Part shown: piece after piece, positions 18,882-28,643 of the stretch
Layout of the letters: each line of letters starts with the position of its first letter
Numbering within the stretch: the stretch's first letter is position 1
Assembly (NCBI GenBank): GCA_963667725.2
Contig: CAXXHO010000005.1
Span: 1,184,001-1,248,000, forward strand
Source: Treponemataceae bacterium
Lineage (GTDB): Bacteria > Spirochaetota > Spirochaetia > Treponematales > Rectinemataceae
Reading direction: 5' to 3'
DNA: 64,000 nucleotides
The notes under the pieces: model-generated
What the model was told of the DNA's origin: nothing
Databases searched by the model: none
Seen by the model: only the letters and a program-made list of their open reading frames with translations
Translations under genes and position numbers: made by a program

Positions 18882-18922
18882 GCTTTTGCCCGGCGCCGCT
18901 TCCGTCGCGAAAAGGCGGTTCG

Positions 18923-20014
18923 ATGAAAAGGATACACGTTGGTCTCGTCGGCGTCGGCAAAATCGGCATGGCGCATATCGAGGCCGTCAGAAGACTCGGG
19001 TTTGCCGATGTGGCGGCCATCGCCGTGCGCGACGAAGCCAAGGCGAAGGCTCTCTCCGAATACTTCGGCATTCCCGGATGCTATACGGATTACCGCGAGA
19101 TGCTGGCCGATCCTGACATCGATGTCGTGCACGACTGTACCCCGAACAGCGCGCATTTCCGGATAAACAAGGATATCATCCTCGCCGGCAAGCATGTCCT
19201 CTCCGAAAAGCCTCTGACTGTGGAGTCCCGCGAATCGGCCGAGCTTGTCGAGCTCGCGCGGGCTCGCGGGGCGCTCACCGCCGTCAATTTTGTCTACAGG
19301 CATTTCCCCGTCCTGCGGACGGTCAAAAGCATGATCGAGGGCGGCGAACTGGGCGAAATATTCGCCGTCACCGGCGCCTATTTCCAGGATTGGCTTCTCT
19401 ATGAGACGGACTACGACTGGCGCGTGGAGGCGAGCCTGGGCGGGCCTTCGCGCGCGATGGCCGACATTGGCTCTCACTGGTGCGACCTCGCCCAGTTCCT
19501 TGTGGGGCAGGATGTCGCGCAGGTATGCGCCGACCTGGCCACGTTCATACCTGTCAGGGCGAAACCCGCGCCGGCGGCCCCCGCGTTGACCGAACCAGCG
19601 TCGGCTCGGCATCCTGCCGGCGGCAAGGTCCGGGTCGACACCGAAGATTACGGCAGCGTCCTCCTGCGCTTTGCCGGCGGCGCGCGAGGGGCATTCTCCG
19701 TTTCCCAGGTTGGCGCCGGCAGAAAAATCGGGCTGGGCATCGAGATCCACGGAAGCAAGGCCTCGGTCCGCTGGGACTTCGAGACCGCGGGCAGGCTATG
19801 GATCGGCCATCGCGACAAGCCCAACGAGGAACTTCTCCTGCGTTCCAGCCTGCCCGATGCCCAGAAAGACATGATCGGAAGTTTTTACGGGACAATCCTT
19901 CATGGCGGCCAGCCGAATTACGCCGACTTCGCCGAAGGCCATAAAATCGTCAAAATCGTGGAAGCGATCCTCGAAAGCGACAGGGACAGGAGCTGGATAG
20001 CGGTTTCATCTTGA
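18923..20014 (+). CDS. Gfo/Idh/MocA family NAD(P)-dependent oxidoreductase
   Basis: GLVGVGKIG, CTPNSAH, KHVLSEKP and DIGSHWCD motifs. Confidence 0.92.
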   Translation: MKRIHVGLVGVGKIGMAHIEAVRRLGFADVAAIAVRDEAKAKALSEYFGIPGCYTDYREMLADPDIDVVHDCTPNSAHFRINKDIILAGKHVLSEKPLTVESRESAELVELARARGALTAVNFVYRHFPVLRTVKSMIEGGELGEIFAVTGAYFQDWLLYETDYDWRVEASLGGPSRAMADIGSHWCDLAQFLVGQDVAQVCADLATFIPVRAKPAPAAPALTEPASARHPAGGKVRVDTEDYGSVLLRFAGGARGAFSVSQVGAGRKIGLGIEIHGSKASVRWDFETAGRLWIGHRDKPNEELLLRSSLPDAQKDMIGSFYGTILHGGQPNYADFAEGHKIVKIVEAILESDRDRSWIAVSS

Positions 20015-20077
20015 TCTCCTTGTTGCGGCGGCCTCGTTGGTATAAAATGCGATTGCATATCGCCAGCGGAGGGCAAC

Positions 20078-20269
20078 ATGATCGGAACCACCGAACTTCT
20101 TATAATCGCCGTAATTATTCTCGTTCTCTTCGGAGCCAGCGCCATTCCCAAGTTCGCGCGATCCATCAGTCAGGCCAAGAAAGAATTCGACAAAGGCACG
20201 AAAGAAGCGTCCTCTGGAAAGGATGCGGATAAGAAAGACGGCGCCGCGTCGGACAAGAGCGAAAAATAA
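20078..20269 (+). CDS. tatA: Twin-arginine translocase TatA/TatE subunit
   Basis: MIGTTELLIIAVIILVLFG, followed by an amphipathic helix and a charged tail. Confidence 0.88.
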   Translation: MIGTTELLIIAVIILVLFGASAIPKFARSISQAKKEFDKGTKEASSGKDADKKDGAASDKSEK

Positions 20270-20302
20270 TTTGCCTTACGTTTTCAGAAGAGGCGGTTAT
20301 CA

Positions 20303-21718
20303 GTGAAAGTCGTGATTGTAGGCGCCGGGACTCTCGGTATACAGATAGCCAGGGAACTGGTGGCGGAAAACAGGGACGTTGTCCTCGTCGAGCGGAATCC
20401 CGATATCGCCAAAGGCATAGCCAACGAGCTCGATTGCCTGGTTCAGGAGGGCGACGGCGAGAACCTCGAGACGCTTGCCGAGGCCGGCGCGGCGGACGCT
20501 GATTGGCTCATAGCCCTTACGGGCAGCGACGACGCGAACATTGTCATCTGCGGCCTGGCTTCCGAGGCATTTGGGCACGCGAAGACAATAGCCAGGGTCC
20601 GGAGTCACTACTTCGGTTCTTTCCACAGCAGCAAGCGCCGCATACTCGGCGTCGATCATATCCTCAATCCGGAAGCGGAAACCGCCGAGGCGGTGGCGAG
20701 AATCATCTTCAGGGGCATGTCGCCTGAAACCATCGACGTCAAGGAGGCGGGAATCCAGCTTCGAAGGCTTTTCGCCTCCGAGGACAAACGCTTCCCCGGT
20801 AAGACGCTACAGGATGTCAGGGCCGAAGTCGGCCGCGATTTCATCATTCCCGCCATCGTGAGGGAGGGGGAATTTTTCATACCATCGGGACAGTTCACCC
20901 TCCAGGAAAGCGATATCGTCTACCTCCTTGGGGAGCCCAACGAGCTGGATCGGCTTTTTGGCCAGACAGCCCATCGTTCGCTGCGGCTCAAGAATGTCGT
21001 CCTTTTCGGCGCCGGCACCCTATCCCGCGTCGTGCTCAAGGAATTGGGCGTGCCTGGCTCCAAAGGGACTGTGGCCGCGAAAGGCCAGCATGCGAAGAAG
21101 GAAACTAGCGCCCTCACGCTGCTCGGGAATCCGGTGATCAAAGTCATCGATGGAAACCGCGACAACGCGAAGATAATCGCTGTGGAATATCCCGATACCG
21201 AAGTGATCTGCCGCAGCCTGTCGGATGAGTTTCTTATCGAGGAAGAGAGTATAGGACAGTCCGATATCGTGCTCTGCCTCACCCCCTCCCAGAGCGACAA
21301 TCTCGTGACCGCCCTCGTGGCGAAACAGTCGGGGGCCAAGCGCGTTCTGGCCGTGGTCTACAATGATCTGTATATGCGTCTTGAAGGTATCGTCGACATT
21401 GATGCCTTCCTCAGTCAGAAATCCGTGGTGGCGGGGGCCGTGCTCGATATTGTCCGAAAGGCCAATATCAGACGTCTTCATGGATTTACGGAAGGGGATT
21501 TCGAACTCGTCGAGCTGAGCGTCGGCGAGGAATTCGGCAAAGCCGGGAAATGCATTAAAGATTTCGGCATCCCCAAGGGAATGCTCGTCGCCTTTGTCAT
21601 TCATGGAGGAAGGACGATTATTCCCACCGGTGACACGACAATCCTGCCGAAAGATATCGTGGGCCTCGTGCTCCCGAAAGATCAGATCAGCAGGCTGGAA
21701 AGCCTTTTCGGAAGCTGA
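20303..21718 (+). CDS. trkA: Trk potassium uptake NAD-binding subunit
   Basis: Two RCK_N/RCK_C repeats; GAGTLG and KTIARVR motifs. Confidence 0.9.
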   Translation: MKVVIVGAGTLGIQIARELVAENRDVVLVERNPDIAKGIANELDCLVQEGDGENLETLAEAGAADADWLIALTGSDDANIVICGLASEAFGHAKTIARVRSHYFGSFHSSKRRILGVDHILNPEAETAEAVARIIFRGMSPETIDVKEAGIQLRRLFASEDKRFPGKTLQDVRAEVGRDFIIPAIVREGEFFIPSGQFTLQESDIVYLLGEPNELDRLFGQTAHRSLRLKNVVLFGAGTLSRVVLKELGVPGSKGTVAAKGQHAKKETSALTLLGNPVIKVIDGNRDNAKIIAVEYPDTEVICRSLSDEFLIEEESIGQSDIVLCLTPSQSDNLVTALVAKQSGAKRVLAVVYNDLYMRLEGIVDIDAFLSQKSVVAGAVLDIVRKANIRRLHGFTEGDFELVELSVGEEFGKAGKCIKDFGIPKGMLVAFVIHGGRTIIPTGDTTILPKDIVGLVLPKDQISRLESLFGS

Positions 21719-21720
21719 CG

Positions 21721-23178
21721 ATGCATCACCGGTCCCTGTTGCGGCTTCTCTCCATAATAGCCGGGCTCATCTCGGCGTTCTTGTTGGCCATGGCCGGTTT
21801 CTCGGTCATGGAAGGGGAAGCCTGGAGCCTGGCATTTTCCTTTCTCATCCCCGCATCCATAGGATTGCTTTTCTTCGGAACGATGAGCCTTATCTGCCGG
21901 GGCGATGAAAAACCCTATCTGACCAATCGCGAAGGTTATCTTTTCGTCACCTTCAGCTGGCTGCTGGCATCAGCCCTGGGCGCGGTTCCTTTCTTTTTAT
22001 CAGGGAATATCCCGTCTTTCATCGATGCCTTTTACGAGGTCATGAGCGGCTTTACCACAACGGGAGCCAGCATTTTGACGAACGTGGAAATCCTTCCGCG
22101 TTCCCTTATCCTCTGGCGGGCTACGACGCACTGGCTGGGAGGTATGGGAATCGTCGTTCTCACCGTCGCCATTTTCCCTCTTCTGGGATGGGGGGGATTG
22201 CGCCTCATGGAGGCGGAAGCGCCCGGGCCATCGGTGGACAAGATAACTCCCAAGATTTCCGAGACCGCCAAGATTTCCTGGCTCATCTATGTTGGACTCA
22301 CCGTCGCCGAGATTCTCCTCCTCATGCTTGGCCGCATGCCTCTCTTCGATTCTGTCTGCCATACCTTCGCCACGGTGGCTACGGGCGGTTTCGGCGTAAA
22401 GAACTCCAGCATCGGCTTCTACAGTTCCGCCTATATCGATGTCGTCATCACGGTTTTCATGCTGGCGGCCGGCTGTAACTTCACGCTTTACTTCAGGCTG
22501 CTTCGAGGCAGAGGGCGTCTGGTTTTCAGGGACTCCGAGCTGCGGACCTATCTGGCGATATTCGGCGTGGCTACCCTCATCATCGCCATAGACCTGCGCA
22601 ACAACGGCCTTTTCGGCAGTTTTTTCAACGCCCTTCGATACGCGGGCTTCCAGAGTTCCTCGATTTTGACGACGACGGGCTTCGCGACCGACGATTTCAA
22701 CAAATGGCCGGCGGCTTCGCAGACCATCCTTTTCATCCTCATGATGATTGGGGGATGCGCGGGTTCGACTGCCGGCGGCGTCAAGGTTATCCGTATCATT
22801 ACCCTCTTCAAGATGTCCTTCACGGAAATGCGCTACCTCATGAACACGAAAGGTGTCTACGCGATATTCGTCAACGAAAAGCCCATCCGGAAAAACGTGG
22901 TCTACGATACGGCTGCTCTCGTTTTTCTCTACATCGTCGTGATGGTGATTTCCTTCATCCTGATAGGCCTTGCCGGCTATGACATGACCACCAGCGTCAC
23001 CGCCACCCTCGCCAACCTCGGCAACATCGGCCCCGGCTTGAGCCTGGTAGGCCCGGCCGCGAACTATTCATTCTTCCCCTGGTGGATAAAGATATGGCTC
23101 TCTTTCATCATGCTGGTGGGAAGGCTCGAGGTGTATACGGTATTGGTGCTTTTCACGAAGAAATTCTGGAGATTCTGA
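21721..23178 (+). CDS. trkH: Trk potassium uptake membrane protein
   Basis: SGFTTTG, ATGGF, TTTGF, GGCAGSTAGGVK, GNIGPG and GRLE selectivity-loop motifs. Confidence 0.93.
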   Translation: MHHRSLLRLLSIIAGLISAFLLAMAGFSVMEGEAWSLAFSFLIPASIGLLFFGTMSLICRGDEKPYLTNREGYLFVTFSWLLASALGAVPFFLSGNIPSFIDAFYEVMSGFTTTGASILTNVEILPRSLILWRATTHWLGGMGIVVLTVAIFPLLGWGGLRLMEAEAPGPSVDKITPKISETAKISWLIYVGLTVAEILLLMLGRMPLFDSVCHTFATVATGGFGVKNSSIGFYSSAYIDVVITVFMLAAGCNFTLYFRLLRGRGRLVFRDSELRTYLAIFGVATLIIAIDLRNNGLFGSFFNALRYAGFQSSSILTTTGFATDDFNKWPAASQTILFILMMIGGCAGSTAGGVKVIRIITLFKMSFTEMRYLMNTKGVYAIFVNEKPIRKNVVYDTAALVFLYIVVMVISFILIGLAGYDMTTSVTATLANLGNIGPGLSLVGPAANYSFFPWWIKIWLSFIMLVGRLEVYTVLVLFTKKFWRF

Positions 23179-23266
23179 TGGATATAGGATTGCCGTAACC
23201 TTTGTTACATACTTCTCGGGCCTTGTTCGGTATCCTATGTAGTATCAAGATACGAAGGCGAGGGGG

Positions 23267-24472
23267 ATGACCGTGAAGAAACAGGTGAAAGGCAATGTAT
23301 CCTGGGTGGGGAAGATTGACTGGGAGCTCAGGAAGTTCCACGGCGAGGAATATTCGACCCATAAGGGCTCCAGCTACAATTCCTATGTCATCGAGGAGGA
23401 GAAGACCGTCCTCATCGACACCGTGTGGCTGCCCTTCGCGAAAGAATTCGTGGACAACCTGGAAGCCGAGGGAATTCTCGGCAAGCTGGACGCCATCGTC
23501 CAGAACCACGGCGAAGTGGATCATTCCGGCGCCTTGCCTGAATTGCTGCGCCGCCGGCCCGACCTGCCGATATACTGCACGGCCAACGCGGTGAAGTCGC
23601 TAAAGGGCCAGTACCATCAAGACTGGAACTTCAAGGTGGTGAAAACCGGCGACAAGCTGCCGATGGGCAACGGGAAGGAACTGGTTTTCGTGGAAGCGCG
23701 CATGCTCCACTGGCCCGACACCATGTTCAGCTATCTTTCGGGCGAAGCCCTGCTTTTTTCGAACGACGCCTTCGGCCAGCACTACGCTTCCGAACTTCTC
23801 TTCAACGATCTCGTGGACCAGGCCGAACTCTACGCAGAATGCATAAAATACTACGCGAACATACTCACCCCTTTCAGCGCCCTCGTCAAAGCCAAGATCG
23901 AGGAAATCGTCGGGATGAAACTGCCGCTCGAGATGATAGCGCCTAGCCACGGCATCATATGGAGGAAAGACCCTCTCCAGATAGTAGGAAAGTATCTCGA
24001 ATGGTCGCAGAACTATCGGGAAGACCGCATCACCCTGCTCTACGACTCCATGTGGAGCGGGACGAGGCGCCTGGCTGAAGCCATCGCCGAGGGCATCGCG
24101 GAAGTATCGCCCTCCACAGAGATCCGTCTCCATAACATGGGCAAGTCCGACAAGAACGACGCCATCACCGACGTTTTCCGCTCCAAGGCCATACTCCTCG
24201 GCTCGCCCACCATCAATACCGGCATTCTTCACTCTATCGCGGGCATTCTCGAGGAAATTCGGGGCCTGAAGTTCAAGAACAAGAAGGCCGCCGTATTCGG
24301 CTGCTATGGCTGGTCCGGCGAAGGCAACAAGCTTCTGGCCGAATCGATCAAGGCCGGCGGATTCGAAGTGCTGGGAGAGGGCTTGCGGAATCTATGGAAC
24401 CCCGACGAAGCCGGCCTCGCCAGCGCGAGGGAGTTCGGTAAGAAGTTTGCGGCTGATACGGCGCTTCTCTAA
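23267..24472 (+). CDS. Flavodiiron protein (FprA/ROO type; O2/NO reductase)
   Basis: NHGEVDHSG, HWPD, SNDAFGQH and PSHG motifs, plus a flavodoxin domain (YDSMWSGT). Confidence 0.92.
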   Translation: MTVKKQVKGNVSWVGKIDWELRKFHGEEYSTHKGSSYNSYVIEEEKTVLIDTVWLPFAKEFVDNLEAEGILGKLDAIVQNHGEVDHSGALPELLRRRPDLPIYCTANAVKSLKGQYHQDWNFKVVKTGDKLPMGNGKELVFVEARMLHWPDTMFSYLSGEALLFSNDAFGQHYASELLFNDLVDQAELYAECIKYYANILTPFSALVKAKIEEIVGMKLPLEMIAPSHGIIWRKDPLQIVGKYLEWSQNYREDRITLLYDSMWSGTRRLAEAIAEGIAEVSPSTEIRLHNMGKSDKNDAITDVFRSKAILLGSPTINTGILHSIAGILEEIRGLKFKNKKAAVFGCYGWSGEGNKLLAESIKAGGFEVLGEGLRNLWNPDEAGLASAREFGKKFAADTALL

Positions 24473-24505
24473 ACACGGCCTACAATTTGCTATCAGGAGT
24501 ATAAA

Positions 24506-25045
24506 ATGAAACGAATCGCGAAACTGTCCATCCTCGTCGCCCTGGCCATGGCTTCGGCCAGCCTCTGGGCGGAAACCAGGAAACCCCTCGACCTCGTTCC
24601 GGCTCTCGACCTCCAGCGTTATCTCGGCCGCTGGTATGAAGTCGCCCGCTATCAGCACGGATTCGAGAAGACCCTCGTCGGCGCCACCGCCGAATACGCG
24701 CTCAGGGATGACGGCAAGGTTTCCGTGCTAAATTCCGGGTTCAAGAAAACCCTCGACGGGAAGTATACCGACGTGAAAGCGGTGGCTTGGCGTCCCGATG
24801 ACGCCGTTCCAGGCGCTCTCAAGGTAAAATTCTTCGGTCTCTTCAGCTCGGATTATCTGGTGTTCGGCCTCGATGACGTGGACTACCAGTGGGCTCTCGT
24901 GGGCAACAACAACAGAAATTACCTTTGGTTCCTCTCGCGCACGCCCGAGGTGGCTCCCGAGCTCCTCGAAACGATGAAGGGTATGGCGGAAGCCCAGGGC
25001 TACGATCTTTCCAAGCTCTATATCGTGCCGCAAAAGGCCCGCTGA
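24506..25045 (+). CDS. Lipocalin (Blc-like)
   Basis: DLQRYLGRWYEVAR and YLWFLSRTP lipocalin motifs; signal peptide. Confidence 0.9.
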   Translation: MKRIAKLSILVALAMASASLWAETRKPLDLVPALDLQRYLGRWYEVARYQHGFEKTLVGATAEYALRDDGKVSVLNSGFKKTLDGKYTDVKAVAWRPDDAVPGALKVKFFGLFSSDYLVFGLDDVDYQWALVGNNNRNYLWFLSRTPEVAPELLETMKGMAEAQGYDLSKLYIVPQKAR

Positions 25046-25144
25046 ACCATAATTCCCCCTACAGATCAACATGCCTTCAGCCCGAAATCCCGCGAAGGGC
25101 GCTTGGGCGCGTTGTTTGCCATCGCGTCTTCGGATATGCGGGCT

Positions 25145-25194
25145 TGATTCGCTCGCGGGTTTCATACCCTGTGGCTTGCCGCGAGGTTGTTGAT
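25145..25194. repeat. Left copy of a 50-bp inverted repeat with an internal hairpin
   Basis: Matches the reverse complement of 27632-27681 at 42/50 positions; the outer 21 bp are identical. Confidence 0.85.
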
Positions 25195-25306
25195 TGACAA
25201 GGCTCAGCATTAAGCGTTAATTGCCGATATATATTTACAGCTTCAGCGGGGGGCAATTATGATGGATAATCGAGAGTCCGATTCGCTAACATAGGGGTTA
25301 TGCGAC

Positions 25307-26218
25307 ATGAAATTGAGAGAGTATGAATATATCCAGACTATCGCGTATGAACGCAATATTACGCGAGCTTCGGAGCGTCTTTTCATTTCACAGCCGGCAT
25401 TAAGCCGCTTTCTCAAGAATATCGAGAATGATTTGGGTACGTTGCTGTTTGAGCGAATAGGCAAGAAAATGATATTGACCCCCGCCGGGAAAATATATGT
25501 GGAAAGGGCTCGGGAGATTATCGATATTGATACCCAGATGAGAAACATGATTAAGGATATGGACAGGCGAAACGATGTATTGAGCATTTGTTACCCTTTG
25601 ATACGCTCCTTGTTTTTGGCAAAATGCGTCCTCCCGGTTTTTCAGGAAGAATATAGAAATGTGCCGATCACGATTTCGATTAGTAGCCAAAGGATGATCC
25701 AGGAGGCGCTGCAGAGCGGAAAATCACAATTGGCATTTGGTATTGTTACCCCAGAGTATGAGAAAATATTTGGCTATGAGGAAATAACCCAGGAGGAAAT
25801 GGTTGTCGTCGTTCCGAATGGGCATTCGCTGCTTGAAAAAGCTGAAACATGTGATGACTGCAATTACCCTTTCATTGATGCGCGTTTCCTCAGGGAGGAA
25901 TACTTCGCGCTTCCTTCGGCAATGCTATACAGCGGCCAATTCGCCGAGCATTATTTTGCGGAACATAACATTATTCCGAATGTAGCGATAAAGTTGAATT
26001 TTACGGAACCTTTATATCAACATGTGGTCGAAGGTAATTGTATAGCCATTCTGCCCTCAATCCCCCTGCAAAGCATAGAACTGGAAAATCGATTAAAATA
26101 TTTATCGTTGCGGGACAGAAATCACGCGCATACGATCGCTCTTCTCCACAATAAGAATCATACTTTGAACCCGACAGAAGATTCGCTGCTTGATATAATC
26201 CGCAAAGCATATTGTTAA
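25307..26218 (+). CDS. LysR family regulator
   Basis: NITRASERLFISQPALSRFLKNIENDLGTLLFER HTH; AT-rich codon usage. Confidence 0.93.
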   Translation: MKLREYEYIQTIAYERNITRASERLFISQPALSRFLKNIENDLGTLLFERIGKKMILTPAGKIYVERAREIIDIDTQMRNMIKDMDRRNDVLSICYPLIRSLFLAKCVLPVFQEEYRNVPITISISSQRMIQEALQSGKSQLAFGIVTPEYEKIFGYEEITQEEMVVVVPNGHSLLEKAETCDDCNYPFIDARFLREEYFALPSAMLYSGQFAEHYFAEHNIIPNVAIKLNFTEPLYQHVVEGNCIAILPSIPLQSIELENRLKYLSLRDRNHAHTIALLHNKNHTLNPTEDSLLDIIRKAYC

Positions 26219-26236
26219 CGTTGTCTTAGAAAAACC

Positions 26237-26251
26237 ATACCTAAAACGTAC
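26237..26251 (+). promoter_or_regulatory. Possible LysR box (T-N11-A)
   Basis: ATAC-N7-GTAC upstream of the MBL-fold gene. Confidence 0.3.
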
Positions 26252-26356
26252 TCATAAGTATAACCCAATTATATTGGTGCAAATAAAATAACCATGCTAC
26301 GTTTTTAAGCGAGAGAATATAGACCACCCCAATTATCATGAACAGGAGGCCACTCA

Positions 26357-27415
26357 ATGAAGAAAAGGTCGGTAGCGATAATTATTGCGCTACTTCTAGT
26401 ACTGGTTTGTACTGGTTTTGTGTATGCCAGTGATGGAAAGGGCTCCACGGTTGTAGACCGCGCGACAATGGAAACTAAAGATTGGAATGATCCGTCGCTT
26501 AAGCTTAGGCTGCGCTGGAGCGGGGTAAACTTTTATGAGTTTGTTCTGCCAAGCGGGAAGACAATCGTAATGGATCCATATTTTGATCAAGAACCCGCTG
26601 GTGGCCATAATGAATTCAATTATACGCCGACGAAACTTCCCGCGGGTGACTGGGTGAATGGCGCCGATTATGTCATATTGACACATGGCCATTTCGACCA
26701 TGTTGATCAGCTGGGCTCTATTCTTATGCAATACCCAAAAGCACATGTGATTGCGCCGGAACATGTGTGGCCAGCCATAATGTGGCAATTGAAGCTGGAG
26801 TATTCCACCCATTATTTCCACGAGGTTGCCGCGCTCGATAAGCTTGAGTTCAAAGACTTCACGCTAGAGAGCTGCAGGTCGAATCATAATGTCGCCAGCC
26901 CTCCCAAAGCGGATTCGATGAAGGTTAAATCCTATTCGGATGCTAACGGCAATCTAAATTTCTATGAGCTTTACCGAAAAATCTATGAACGTGAGATCAT
27001 GAATGGCAGAATTACTACCGACGATGGCTTCTCCATTCTGATCTGGAATTCTGAAATGCAGGCTGATGGCTATGGCTTTGAGGACCGCGCTTGGTTCTAT
27101 CGCGATAGCAAGCCGGATCTTTTCATGTATCAGGTCGCGGGGGCGAGTTTTGATTATGATCGCAGAAATCCAAACTACAAGCATATGGCTGAATGGATCG
27201 CTTCTGTCGACGCGACCGCGGCACTCCCCGAACATCAGCAGCATTATTCCTATCAAGAGCTTGACACAATGGCAGGCGTATTCAGCGCTACCTGCAATAC
27301 GGAAAAAGCAAATACCGAATTCTTAACTCCGGAAACAGGTGTTTGGTATGGTTATACCAAAGATGCCAATGGAAATGTCAAAGTGTATAAGGTAGTAAAC
27401 GCGCCAGCCAAATAA
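26357..27415 (+). CDS. Secreted metallo-beta-lactamase-fold hydrolase
   Basis: Signal peptide; IVMDPYF and THGHFDH motifs; AGGAGG RBS. Confidence 0.8.
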   Translation: MKKRSVAIIIALLLVLVCTGFVYASDGKGSTVVDRATMETKDWNDPSLKLRLRWSGVNFYEFVLPSGKTIVMDPYFDQEPAGGHNEFNYTPTKLPAGDWVNGADYVILTHGHFDHVDQLGSILMQYPKAHVIAPEHVWPAIMWQLKLEYSTHYFHEVAALDKLEFKDFTLESCRSNHNVASPPKADSMKVKSYSDANGNLNFYELYRKIYEREIMNGRITTDDGFSILIWNSEMQADGYGFEDRAWFYRDSKPDLFMYQVAGASFDYDRRNPNYKHMAEWIASVDATAALPEHQQHYSYQELDTMAGVFSATCNTEKANTEFLTPETGVWYGYTKDANGNVKVYKVVNAPAK

Positions 27416-27523
27416 CGGTGGCCGCGATTATACGATTATACCGTGAAAAACCATTGCGTAAGTTGGCAGAATGAAAGAGATTGAGAAGTTATGCAATTTT
27501 GGGTGATACTATGTTTTTATCGT

Positions 27524-27568
27524 AAAAGGGGAAGGAATCCGCCTACGTGGATTCCTTCCCCTTTTTTT
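27524..27568 (+). terminator. Rho-independent terminator (possibly bidirectional)
   Basis: AAAAGGGGAAGGAATCC-loop-GGATTCCTTCCCCTTTTTTT. Confidence 0.85.
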
Positions 27569-27631
27569 GGTTTTTATATGGCTGCGATATTTGCTATTGA
27601 GTTGGCATTATAAAATGCGCGGCATAAGAAT

Positions 27632-27681
27632 ATCGACAATCTCGCGGAAAGCCGCGAGACATGAAACCCGCGAGCGAATCA
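27632..27681. repeat. Right copy of the 50-bp inverted repeat
   Basis: Contains the perfect hairpin TCTCGCGG-AAAG-CCGCGAGA, followed by CATGAAACCCGCGAGCGAATCA. Confidence 0.85.
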
Positions 27682-27744
27682 GATGAATAATTATCTTCAC
27701 TATTTTAAAGGCGTTAATACAAGAAGCAAGTAAATCTTATCGCG

Positions 27745-28632
27745 TTAAGGCTTTGAGGCCGAAAATAGTTGGTCGAGTTTTTCCTCGTAGGCTTTGTAGC
27801 CCAGGAATTCGTAGAGTTCGGCCCTTGTCTGCATGAGCTCCACGGCGCTCTGCTGGGTGCCTTCGGCGCGAACCGCCCTCATTACGTCGAGGGCGGCCCG
27901 CTGCATGGCGCGGGTGGCGGAGAGAGGGTATAGGATCATCGCGACGCCCTGCTCGCGTAGTTCTTCCCTCGTGAAGCAAGGGGTGGCGCCAAACTCTGTG
28001 AGGTTGGCGAGGACGGGCGCCTTCACGGCCGCGCAGACTTTTCCATACATTTCCAGGTCGGTCATGGCTTCGGCGAATATGGTGTCGGCGCCAGCCTCGA
28101 CATAGGCGCAGGCGCGGTCTATCAGGCCTGAGAGGCCTTCGCTCTGCAGGGAGTCCGTGCGCGCCATGAGGACGAAATCGGGATCGGTCTTGGCGTCGGC
28201 CGCCGCCTTTATTCGGTCCGCCATTTCGCCGGCAGTCACGATGGCTTTGTTGGGACGATGCCCGCAGCGCTTCTGGGCCACTTGGTCCTCGATGTGGACG
28301 GCCGCCGCTCCGGCGGCTGTCATCTGCTTGATGGCGCGGGCGATGTTGAAGGCGCCACCCCAGCCCGTGTCGATGTCGACCAGGAGGGGCAGGCCGGTTG
28401 CCGAGGTTATGCGGCGTACATCGGCGAGGACGTCGTCGAGTGAAGTCATCCCGATATCCGGTAGTCCGTAGGAGTAGTTGGCGACGCCGGCGCCCGAGAG
28501 ATAGATGGCTCGATAGCCGACGCGCTCCGCCATCATGGCTGCGTAGGCGTTGACAGTGCCCATTATTTGCAGTGGCTTTTCTTCGCGAAGCGCGAGGCGG
28601 AATTTGCCGCCGGGAGTCAAGGTTTTTTTCAC
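27745..28632 (-). CDS. prpB: 2-methylisocitrate lyase
   Basis: [27 protein letters not shown] and [11 protein letters not shown] motifs. Confidence 0.93.
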   Translation of the reverse strand: MKKTLTPGGKFRLALREEKPLQIMGTVNAYAAMMAERVGYRAIYLSGAGVANYSYGLPDIGMTSLDDVLADVRRITSATGLPLLVDIDTGWGGAFNIARAIKQMTAAGAAAVHIEDQVAQKRCGHRPNKAIVTAGEMADRIKAAADAKTDPDFVLMARTDSLQSEGLSGLIDRACAYVEAGADTIFAEAMTDLEMYGKVCAAVKAPVLANLTEFGATPCFTREELREQGVAMILYPLSATRAMQRAALDVMRAVRAEGTQQSAVELMQTRAELYEFLGYKAYEEKLDQLFSASKP

Positions 28633-28643
28633 GGTTCACGCGC

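Larger units (their letters stand above)
25145..27681. mobile_element. Candidate non-autonomous cargo element or small island (AT-rich LysR + MBL-fold hydrolase between inverted repeats)
   Basis: Abrupt shift to AT-rich composition, bounded by terminal inverted repeats. No transposase and no obvious target-site duplication. Confidence 0.5.

Noticed and set aside
24728..25210. 160-aa minus-strand ORF crossing the left inverted repeat
   Set aside because: It overlaps the lipocalin antisense and merely translates the repeat; it has no transposase motifs.
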